Positions 29,673-36,747 of a stretch of DNA of 64,000 nt are shown here, one piece after another. The position numbers and the translations under genes were made by a program. Positions within the stretch are counted from its first letter, which is position 1. Each line of letters starts with the position of its first letter. A model generated the notes under the pieces. That model did no database searches, had not been told where the DNA came from, and saw only the letters and a program-made list of their open reading frames with translations. The DNA comes from a virus. Lineage: Duplodnaviria > Caudoviricetes. The stretch is from positions 15,657 through 79,656 of IMG/VR virus record IMGVR_UViG_3300044723_007907; one strand, given 5' to 3'.

Positions 29673-30075
29673 TGGTGGAACTGGCGGGAGTCGAACCCGC
29701 GTCCGTTAACACATCCGGTCAACGCGTCATTCACAAGTTTAGTTGATTTGATTCAGCAATCAACAGCTTATCGGAGTTGTATTTTATACAGCGTCACATC
29801 CGCCAATCGCTGTGGTTGCTTGATGGTGACGAGTGTTCAATCTATCAAGCTTCAATTGACACTCGAGACAGCAAACTATGCTGCCATTGCGAGCTCTTGC
29901 GAAGCGCTCTCAAAGTCGACCATGTTGTCGTACTCTTCACGAGCTGCTTCAAGCAAGTCCTCAACGGTGTAATAACCTTCGCCATTTAATGACTTGTGTG
30001 CCTTTTTAAAGAGCCGGGCACCTCTCTTACTTGCCGCAATTAACTTTCAATGAACGTCGAATCCAGTACAGTCCC
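29673..30075 (-). ncRNA. ssrA: tmRNA, 403 nt, one-piece, with encoded CCA
   Basis: 5' GGGACUGUACUGGAUUCGAC; 3' GCGGGUUCGACUCCCGCCAGUUCCACCA; acceptor stem with G3.U70; pk1 AAGAG/CUCUU plus GUGCC/GGCAC; tag stop in a hairpin loop. Confidence 0.96.
29876..29983 (-). other. tmRNA tag reading frame (A)GEGYYTVEDLLEAAREEYDNMVDFESASQELAMAA*
   Basis: Resume context UUAAAU|GGC just after pk1; ends in ClpXP-like LAMAA. Confidence 0.85.
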
Positions 30076-30079
30076 GAAT

Positions 30080-30110
30080 TATTTATATATTATAAATTCA
30101 GATCAGTCAA
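30080..30110 (-). promoter_or_regulatory. Composite tmRNA promoter: TTGACT-N17-TATAAA overlapping late TATAAATA
   Basis: Both motifs predict +1 at or next to tmRNA G1 (30075). Confidence 0.65.
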
Positions 30111-30118
30111 ATGGCCAC

Positions 30119-30142
30119 AAAAAACCCCTCCGAAGAGGGGTT
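30119..30142 (-). terminator. Intrinsic terminator CCCCUC-UUCG-GAGGGG-U6
   Basis: Perfect stem, C(UUCG)G tetraloop typical of T4-like phages, U tract. Confidence 0.92.
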
Positions 30143-30167
30143 GACAGAGTGGCCTGTCCGGGTCCAG

Positions 30168-30410
30168 TTATTTCTTACTGGAAATGTTGGTTTGAAGCAA
30201 CCATACCACCAGTAGTAGTGTGATGATGCCGGTGAGGCTTGCGCCTGCTCCAACAAAACCATTTACAACCGACTGTAGATTGCCGATGACGTTAAGACTA
30301 GCTGCAGGGCCGAAAACGACCTGTCCAACTACCAGAAGGCCCAACACGGAGAGGAGCAACACTGTCACACCACCTACCAGACCTCTAATATTATCTAGTG
30401 TATCTTTCAT
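30168..30410 (-). CDS. Small membrane protein, 80 aa, two or more hydrophobic helices
   Basis: Gly-rich hydrophobic helices; start reassigned to ATG 30410 from promoter position. Confidence 0.75.
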   Translation of the reverse strand: MKDTLDNIRGLVGGVTVLLLSVLGLLVVGQVVFGPAASLNVIGNLQSVVNGFVGAGASLTGIITLLLVVWLLQTNISSKK

Positions 30411-30417
30411 AGCCTTT

Positions 30418-30446
30418 ATTATAACGTCTATGAAGTCAGTAGTCAA
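30418..30446 (-). promoter_or_regulatory. Sigma70-type promoter TTGACT-N17-TATAAT
   Basis: Near-perfect consensus, 7 nt before ATG 30410. Confidence 0.8.
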
Positions 30447-30458
30447 CTATTTTTATCG

Positions 30459-31091
30459 TCAATAATCAGAATACCGTGAACCCTCTTCTTCTTTCATCTC
30501 TTCATATTTTCTCACGGTGATGTTTCGAGGATTCAATGTCTTCATGGCTGGTTGCTGTGATGTGCCATAATTCCAGGTGATATCTGAATTGAATAGTCGG
30601 TCGGTTTGTCGATCTTCTAATTGCTTATGAGTTTTAGAATTAACATAAAAACCAGTCATGAAATCATTAGCATATATGATCACAACACCTTCGTTCTCAT
30701 CATCAGTAAATTCGTATTTGACACTCGCAGTGAACACTGCTGGTTGTTCAGGAATCAGATCACCTTCTTCTTTATCATACTCAGCTTCATTCATCAATTC
30801 TTTGCTTGTTGCATGATATGTTTCAGCAAAATGTGGCAGCTCGGTCAAGTGATCTTCCTCGAAATGTTCTCCAGGCATCACGTCAGGATACATCAAATGT
30901 TCTGTGGTGATTTCCGCAGGATTCAATTGTTTCAACTGCCCGTCATTTTCTTCTTTCTTGACTTTGATCTGCACCGGTTTGGGTGTCTCCTTATCCATAC
31001 CCATCAAGCGATCACGCTCTTTGCTCGTGAATTTTGGCTTGGAAACAGCTGTGTATGATTCCCAAATTAATTTTTGATCCTTGTCCTGCAT
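30459..31091 (-). CDS. Acidic late protein with MQDKDQKLIWESY leader
   Basis: TAAATA-N5-ATG at 31091; shared leader. Confidence 0.75.
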   Translation of the reverse strand: MQDKDQKLIWESYTAVSKPKFTSKERDRLMGMDKETPKPVQIKVKKEENDGQLKQLNPAEITTEHLMYPDVMPGEHFEEDHLTELPHFAETYHATSKELMNEAEYDKEEGDLIPEQPAVFTASVKYEFTDDENEGVVIIYANDFMTGFYVNSKTHKQLEDRQTDRLFNSDITWNYGTSQQPAMKTLNPRNITVRKYEEMKEEEGSRYSDY

Positions 31092-31099
31092 GTAATTAT

Positions 31100-32062
31100 T
31101 TATGCGGCAATCAATTGTTTTTGTTCCATTTCTTGTAGGTGATTGATAGCATAATCTTTTTGTTTCAACTCCACATCCCAATCGATCGATTGATTTTTAG
31201 TCACTGTGGTGTCAAATTGGTCACGAAATGCTTGTGGTGTGCTCGTGGCAAAATCCACATGTGCTCGCGGATTGTCGTTGGCACCACCTTCACTGAAATG
31301 AAACAACGGACAACATCCATGAGCATGCCAGGTCTCGTAACATCTCTCGAACGCTTCCTCAACACTCCATTCACCAGGATTACATCGATGATGTAAATTG
31401 TCATATGTGATTGGAATGCCAATCTCTTTGTGTATCAAATTGTACAACCGATCCGGACTCCATAGGCCTTTGTCTTCGTTTTCTAACACCAATCGAGATT
31501 TCACACTATCATCAAGTCGATCGAAATTCTTGATGAATTTCTTGGCGATATCTTGTGGATCACCTGCGCTGCGACTCATGTGTATGTTCAACGGGTACCA
31601 GTAACTGCGACTGTGTTCCACCATCTGATCCATCAACCAGCCGTGATGTGCCAGTTCACCTATTGTACGATCAACAACACCATCATTGGCGCTGCACAAC
31701 ACATTGAAATGATCTGGATGGAAGCTGAGCCGGAATTGTGACGGAGCAAATTGCTTGGTGAATGCTCGTATCTCAGCAAATTTGTCTTGTATCATGGTGG
31801 CGTTTGGTAAGTCATCCAGACCCACATTGGCCTTTTCTAGATTGAACAACGGAAACAACGTGCTACTGATGCGATAACCCCAGCCGTTGCTTCTGGCAAG
31901 TTTCATGGTCTCCAGAGTGGTTTGTAGATTTTCTAATGCACGTTCACCTAGTGTTTGTAATGCATCTGTTCGATCGTGTTTCTCGAACTGCGTGTATCTC
32001 ATGGCTCGGTGATTGTGTCCTTGTTTTTTCAGCGCTAAGCTGATGCAGCATAAATTATACAT
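31100..32062 (-). CDS. uvsE: UV-damage endonuclease UvsE/UvdE
   Basis: YRISSTLFP, RLSFHPDHFNVLCS, LVLENED, YDNLHH, FHFSE, RAHVDF, DVELKQKDYAI. Confidence 0.92.
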   Translation of the reverse strand: MYNLCCISLALKKQGHNHRAMRYTQFEKHDRTDALQTLGERALENLQTTLETMKLARSNGWGYRISSTLFPLFNLEKANVGLDDLPNATMIQDKFAEIRAFTKQFAPSQFRLSFHPDHFNVLCSANDGVVDRTIGELAHHGWLMDQMVEHSRSYWYPLNIHMSRSAGDPQDIAKKFIKNFDRLDDSVKSRLVLENEDKGLWSPDRLYNLIHKEIGIPITYDNLHHRCNPGEWSVEEAFERCYETWHAHGCCPLFHFSEGGANDNPRAHVDFATSTPQAFRDQFDTTVTKNQSIDWDVELKQKDYAINHLQEMEQKQLIAA

Positions 32063-33014
32063 AATGTTTGATTGTTTGTTCTAATAATAGATCAAAATTA
32101 TCAGAAGGGCACCAATTTAATTCAGTTTTTATCTTGGTTGCATCTACAGCATATCTGAAATCATGACCCTTACGATCTTCAACAAACAAAATCTGATTTT
32201 CATATGGTGCGTCAGCAGGCTTGAGCCTATTCAGAACACCACATATTTTCTTGACTAGATCGATGTTGCTCACCTCGTTGTCGCCTCCAATGTTGTATGT
32301 TTCACCAGCGTTGCCGTATCTGAACACCAAATCGATCGCCCGGCAGTGATCATCCACATGCAACCAGTCACGAACGTTTTTACCGTTACCGTAAACAGGA
32401 ATGGGATCTCCATTGAGTGCGGTTGTGATAACAGTTGGTATCAATTTCTCTCGATGCTGATGTCGTCCGTAATTGTTACTACAACTGGTGGTAACCACAT
32501 TCAGTTTAAATGTTTTGTGATAGCTTCTGACCATCAATCCTGCAGCTGCCTTGCTAGCGCTGTACGGACTGTTCGGTGCCAGTGGAGAAGTTTCTGTGAA
32601 CACTCCAGTTGGTCCTAACGCGCCATAAATTTCATCTGTGGATACATACAGAAACCGCCCGGTACAATATTTACGGAACGCTTCTAGCAGCACCATGGTG
32701 CCGTTGATGTTTGTACTCACGAATTCTGATGGATTGTTGATCGAGTTATCAACATGACTCTCAGCAGCAAGATGTATGATCGAGTCTATTTCATATTTTT
32801 TAATCACCCGTTCAACTTGTTTTTCGTCCCGAATATCCTCCATCACTAGCACGTAATTATCATCAGTATATACACTCTCCAAATAACCAGGATTTGCTGC
32901 GTATGTCAAGCAGTCCAAATTGACGATGTTCATGTCCCTGTGATTTTTCAGTAAATGTATGATTAAATTACTACCGATAAAACCGCATCCTCCCGTGATA
33001 AGCACATTGTTCAT
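32055..33014 (-). CDS. rfbB: dTDP-glucose 4,6-dehydratase
   Basis: GGCGFIGSN, HLAAESHVDNSI, STDEIYG, YSASK, RDWLHVDDH, DRKGHDFRYAVD; start ATG 33014. Confidence 0.95.
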   Translation of the reverse strand: MNNVLITGGCGFIGSNLIIHLLKNHRDMNIVNLDCLTYAANPGYLESVYTDDNYVLVMEDIRDEKQVERVIKKYEIDSIIHLAAESHVDNSINNPSEFVSTNINGTMVLLEAFRKYCTGRFLYVSTDEIYGALGPTGVFTETSPLAPNSPYSASKAAAGLMVRSYHKTFKLNVVTTSCSNNYGRHQHREKLIPTVITTALNGDPIPVYGNGKNVRDWLHVDDHCRAIDLVFRYGNAGETYNIGGDNEVSNIDLVKKICGVLNRLKPADAPYENQILFVEDRKGHDFRYAVDATKIKTELNWCPSDNFDLLLEQTIKHYV

Positions 33015-33027
33015 AATAAATAAGTAT

Positions 33028-33546
33028 ATGAGCAAAGACAAAGAAAGTCAACTTATCTGGGAATCATATATAACAACAAGAGAAGGAATTGAAGATGATT
33101 TCATGGACTTCGCGGATGAAAATCCTAGCAAGAAACCAGAACCAACAAAATCTACAAGCTTGAAATTGAAGAGACCACCTCAAGAAGAGCTAGATGAGTA
33201 CGGTAGAAAATATCTATATAAAGGACCTAAAGATGGTGCTTTTACAGACGAACAGCAGAGAGATCAGGCATTAGCTAATCTCCCCGGGGGCATGAGTGCC
33301 AAATTTCAACCAGGTCAGGAAGGCTCTTTTTATGTGATAGAACCAAATGACAATTTCAAATCATATGGATCTGACGGAGATGGCATGGGTGGTACGATCG
33401 AGCATGATCTCGGGTACGCAATTGTGGGTTTAGCAGATGGTAATTTTCTAGATTACATCAAACATGGTCCTCCAGATGAAGAGGATCCAGAGGATGATAT
33501 ACATCATCAAACAGTTAAAGATTATATGAGTGGTGAAGGATTGTGA
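33028..33546 (+). CDS. Acidic late protein with MSKDKESQLIWESY leader
   Basis: TAAATA-N5-ATG at 33028; shared leader. Confidence 0.75.
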   Translation: MSKDKESQLIWESYITTREGIEDDFMDFADENPSKKPEPTKSTSLKLKRPPQEELDEYGRKYLYKGPKDGAFTDEQQRDQALANLPGGMSAKFQPGQEGSFYVIEPNDNFKSYGSDGDGMGGTIEHDLGYAIVGLADGNFLDYIKHGPPDEEDPEDDIHHQTVKDYMSGEGL

Positions 33547-33553
33547 TTAGAGT

Positions 33554-34078
33554 GTGAAAACATTCAAACAATTTTTTTCCGAGAATGTTGGTGCTGATAC
33601 TGAATGGGTTGATGGTGATGTAAAAATAACATTAAAGGATGTACTTGACCTGGCTTCAGACCCAAAACAAGCGGATCCAAACAAGTTGAAACATCTGTTG
33701 ATACAAACAGAACGGGATCCGGAACGAGTCAACCGGGCAGATTTGAACTACCCAATAGTGGTAGGTATCCGAGGCGGTAAGCCTACAAAAATTTTAGACG
33801 GTCAGCATCGATTGGTCAAAGCCATCAAGACACAACAACTCGTACAAGTGAGAATGCTCAATTTAGATGTCGCACCAGATCACATCAAACAAATGTTTGG
33901 TGAAAATTTCAAGGACGGCAAGAAAAAAGGCAAGAGTCGTCCGGGTCGAGTCAAAAGAGCAGGTGCCAGTTGCAACGGATCAGTTGCCAGTTTGCGCAAA
34001 CGAGCCAAAAATAGTGGTGGTGAGAAAGGCAAGATGTACCATTGGTGCGCGAACATGAAGGGCGGCAAGAAGAAGTGA
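33554..34078 (+). CDS. ParB/Srx-like domain plus basic C-terminal module, MKTFKQFFSE leader
   Basis: ADLNYPIVV...ILDGQHRLVKA (DGxHR ParB motif); K/R-rich tail. Confidence 0.7.
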   Translation: MKTFKQFFSENVGADTEWVDGDVKITLKDVLDLASDPKQADPNKLKHLLIQTERDPERVNRADLNYPIVVGIRGGKPTKILDGQHRLVKAIKTQQLVQVRMLNLDVAPDHIKQMFGENFKDGKKKGKSRPGRVKRAGASCNGSVASLRKRAKNSGGEKGKMYHWCANMKGGKKK

Positions 34079-34626
34079 TCACATTCAAACAGTATTGTGT
34101 GAGCGAGGGTCGATTGGGCAGCATGATGGGCGCAGCAGCGATGGCCGCTAGCAGCTTGCATGGTGGTTTTGTGAAAGATTGGAGCGCCAATTATCAGACC
34201 AGCAACGATCCAGCCAAAGAGCGTCGAGCACAACAAGTGATTGATGCTGGTTACAAAGTGCCTGCTGATGCTGAACGAGCCATACAGATAGCAGCTGATA
34301 TATTTGCTGGTGACGAGGGTAAAACACGTGAAGAGTTGATTGAATATTTGAGACACACAGGAGCAGTGGAGAGTGGATATCGAACCAAAGTGCAAGATGG
34401 AGGCGGACCCGCGCGGAGTTACTGGCAAGTGGAACCAGCAACTGCCATGGACCTGGTGAAAAACAGCAGCGCGTACTTTGGCAAAAAATTCCACAAACAT
34501 TTTGGAGAAAACGCACTACGTGCTGCTCAACGATTTGATGAGAAGAAATGGGCCGAGGGTCTGGAAAAATATGATGAACTAGGTGCCACAATGGCTGCAG
34601 CCAAATGGTTGGCAAGTAGATGGTAG
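34075..34626 (+). CDS. Putative lysozyme-like (transglycosylase-type) protein, MITFKQYCVSE leader
   Basis: TGAVESG...QDGGGPARSYWQVEPATA with a candidate catalytic ES; start reassigned to GTG 34075. Confidence 0.55.
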   Translation: MITFKQYCVSEGRLGSMMGAAAMAASSLHGGFVKDWSANYQTSNDPAKERRAQQVIDAGYKVPADAERAIQIAADIFAGDEGKTREELIEYLRHTGAVESGYRTKVQDGGGPARSYWQVEPATAMDLVKNSSAYFGKKFHKHFGENALRAAQRFDEKKWAEGLEKYDELGATMAAAKWLASRW

Positions 34627-34654
34627 AATTCGGTTGATCGACATAAATATCTAC

Positions 34655-35263
34655 ATGGAGTATGTAGATTTCGTCAAAGAGCAATTGCTGACATGGTGGC
34701 AATTCACATTGGTTGGAGTGTTGATTTTGATCGGATTTGTGGTGAATCTGTTCGATCGTGGAGCACGTCATGAGAAGCGCGTGGATTTCAAATACAAAGA
34801 GATGCCACACATGCGTCCCATGTTGATACCCACGCGAGACAAAGGGTTTTTTGGTGCCATATGGATGTGGTTATTGGGTGTCAGGCAATGGGAGATAACC
34901 AAGGACTTTCACTTCAGCTTGGGTAAAGACGAGTTTGTGATACCAGCTGGTTTTCAGTTCGATGGAGCCAGTGTGCCTAAATTTCTGAGCGCCTGGTTGA
35001 GTCCAACAGGTGTGTTGCTTATCGGTGGATTGGTTCATGATTATGCTTACAAGTATCAAACATTGCTCAAAAAAGGTAAAAAGAGCAGCTTGGGTAAACT
35101 CACACAAAAACGTGCTGATGAAATATTTCGTGACATCAACATAGAGCAAAACGGATTCGTGTTACTCAACAAGCTGGCTTACTGGGCGTTACGCTTGGGA
35201 GGTTTTGTTGCTTGGCGTGGTCATAGAAAACGTGACGGTATCACACAGGTTGCCAAGAAATAA
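34655..35263 (+). CDS. DUF1353 family protein with N-terminal transmembrane helix
   Basis: IPAGFQFDGASVP, LVHDYAY, RADEIF, YWALRLGG..AW; TAAATA-N5-ATG at 34655. Confidence 0.85.
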   Translation: MEYVDFVKEQLLTWWQFTLVGVLILIGFVVNLFDRGARHEKRVDFKYKEMPHMRPMLIPTRDKGFFGAIWMWLLGVRQWEITKDFHFSLGKDEFVIPAGFQFDGASVPKFLSAWLSPTGVLLIGGLVHDYAYKYQTLLKKGKKSSLGKLTQKRADEIFRDINIEQNGFVLLNKLAYWALRLGGFVAWRGHRKRDGITQVAKK

Positions 35264-35376
35264 TGCAACGTGATTTCTATTGGGTCATCTGGTTGGGTTT
35301 GTTCTTCTTGGAGCGTGAAGCCATAATGGACACATGCTTCCTACTTATCTCCCTTGTCCTTCAATTTACCCAGTAG
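35263..35376 (+). CDS. Possible 37-aa hydrophobic peptide (MQRDFYWVIWLGLFFLERE...)
   Basis: TAATG coupling to the DUF1353 stop; read by hand. Confidence 0.35.
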   Translation: MQRDFYWVIWLGLFFLEREAIMDTCFLLISLVLQFTQ

Positions 35377-35604
35377 ATCATACAGCTTGCGGCAATCCTC
35401 ACGTCTGTCCTCTAGATGCTTGTTTATCCAGTACCATCTCTCGCTGTCCTTGCATTCATTCTTGGTTAGATCTATTTGTAGCTTGCGCACATTGTCTCCT
35501 AGTTTTGTTAGCTTGTTGCTCTCTTTCTTGATGAAATATGCGATCATGGACACTATTAAACCGATGACTACCATCACTAACTTGTCTGGATCAATTTGTA
35601 CCAT
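35341..35604 (-). CDS. Single-TM coiled-coil protein (holin/XhlA-like architecture)
   Basis: N-terminal TM then charged coiled coil; TAAATA-N5-ATG. Confidence 0.55.
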   Translation of the reverse strand: MVQIDPDKLVMVVIGLIVSMIAYFIKKESNKLTKLGDNVRKLQIDLTKNECKDSERWYWINKHLEDRREDCRKLYDLLGKLKDKGDK

Positions 35605-35608
35605 ATGA

Positions 35609-35980
35609 TTATTTATCGTTTTGTGAGTGTTGCTTGTACAACAGCACCGCTTGTTCGAACCATCTCAAACGAAAGTGTAACTCCAACGCGCTAGGACCAG
35701 CAACATATCCTGGTTCATCTCGGTGCTCTTCTGGCACGATCTCCAGTGGTATTTTCTCGAACTCTCCAACAAAAAACACATATGCAGGCATGTCATCATT
35801 CAGCATGGCTTGGTCTATTTCATGTAGATACACTCTGGCCCAATGTTTGTTGTCAGCATCACGAGCAATCAGCTCATCTATTTCTTGTTGAAATTCTACA
35901 GTTCGATTGATCGAGGTATGTTCTGGTGTTAGTTTTGCTGTTTGACAAGATGACAATAACAATAACAACAACCAACGCAT
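35609..35980 (-). CDS. Lipoprotein
   Basis: MRWLLLLLLSSC lipobox; TAAATA-N5-ATG at 35980. Confidence 0.7.
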   Translation of the reverse strand: MRWLLLLLLSSCQTAKLTPEHTSINRTVEFQQEIDELIARDADNKHWARVYLHEIDQAMLNDDMPAYVFFVGEFEKIPLEIVPEEHRDEPGYVAGPSALELHFRLRWFEQAVLLYKQHSQNDK

Positions 35981-35993
35981 GTAATTATTTAAT

Positions 35994-36029
35994 AAAAAAC
36001 CCGTCATGAACCGAGATCCATGACGGGTT
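35994..36029 (-). terminator. Intrinsic terminator AACCCGUCAUG-loop-CAUGACGGGUU plus U tract
   Basis: 11-bp perfect stem followed by U6, downstream of the porin gene. Confidence 0.88.
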
Positions 36030-36051
36030 GGGGCGTTAAGTGTGCCAGTGA

Positions 36052-36705
36052 TTAGAACTTGATTCCAATACCAGCGGAAAACACTGTTTCGCTGTCAACA
36101 TCTTCTGCATCAACATAATCAACTCCAGCGCTTGCCACAAGACCACCAAACTCACGACTCAGTAAACCACCGATCTCGTAATAGTTTGTGTCTCCAGCCA
36201 ACGTGTCAGACACACCAGCCGCACCAGAGATGGTCAGATCAGCAACATCGATATCGATGGTGTGACTCAATCCGAGTTCACCGCTGGTCAGACTATCATC
36301 CAGATCTTGGTTGATTGTGAGACTGGGACTCAACAACATGTCAAGTTCCAACGACACGAACAACTCACCACGTGCATCTCCAGGCACATCCTCAAGATGC
36401 AAGTAACCGAGTTCCAGGTCAATGTCACCATAGCTTTTAGCTAAACCAACAGCGAATTGATAACTGTCAACCGACTGCAAACCTTGATTGGCGAATGCGG
36501 ACACAAATGCATCAGCAACTCCAACATTGGTGGACAATTTGGCTTGGACTTGAGTGCTCTCGTCGGAGACTTTTGCTCCACGGAAGTAGTAATCGCTGGT
36601 GTACCCGAATCCGAGTTCACCTTGAAAACTGCTACCGCTTTCAGCAGCACCTGCGTTGATAGTGAGAGCGCATACTAGCGCCAACAACTTTAGTTTCGTT
36701 TTCAT
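36052..36705 (-). CDS. Outer-membrane beta-barrel, TIGR02001/TorF-like putative porin
   Basis: Sec signal peptide; GYTSDYYFRG motif; alternating beta pattern; terminal GIGIKF. Confidence 0.8.
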   Translation of the reverse strand: MKTKLKLLALVCALTINAGAAESGSSFQGELGFGYTSDYYFRGAKVSDESTQVQAKLSTNVGVADAFVSAFANQGLQSVDSYQFAVGLAKSYGDIDLELGYLHLEDVPGDARGELFVSLELDMLLSPSLTINQDLDDSLTSGELGLSHTIDIDVADLTISGAAGVSDTLAGDTNYYEIGGLLSREFGGLVASAGVDYVDAEDVDSETVFSAGIGIKF

Positions 36706-36713
36706 ACAGTATT

Positions 36714-36742
36714 ATTATAGTGTATGATACACGTGAATGCAA
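36714..36742 (-). promoter_or_regulatory. Sigma70-type promoter TTGCAT-N17-TATAAT
   Basis: Consensus spacing, 8 nt before ATG 36705. Confidence 0.7.
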
Positions 36743-36747
36743 CTCAA

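Noticed and set aside
29673-29705. Stand-alone tRNA-Ala
   Set aside because: The T-arm and CCA pair with a 5' strand about 400 nt away, with pk1 and a tag frame between them; it is the tmRNA 3' end
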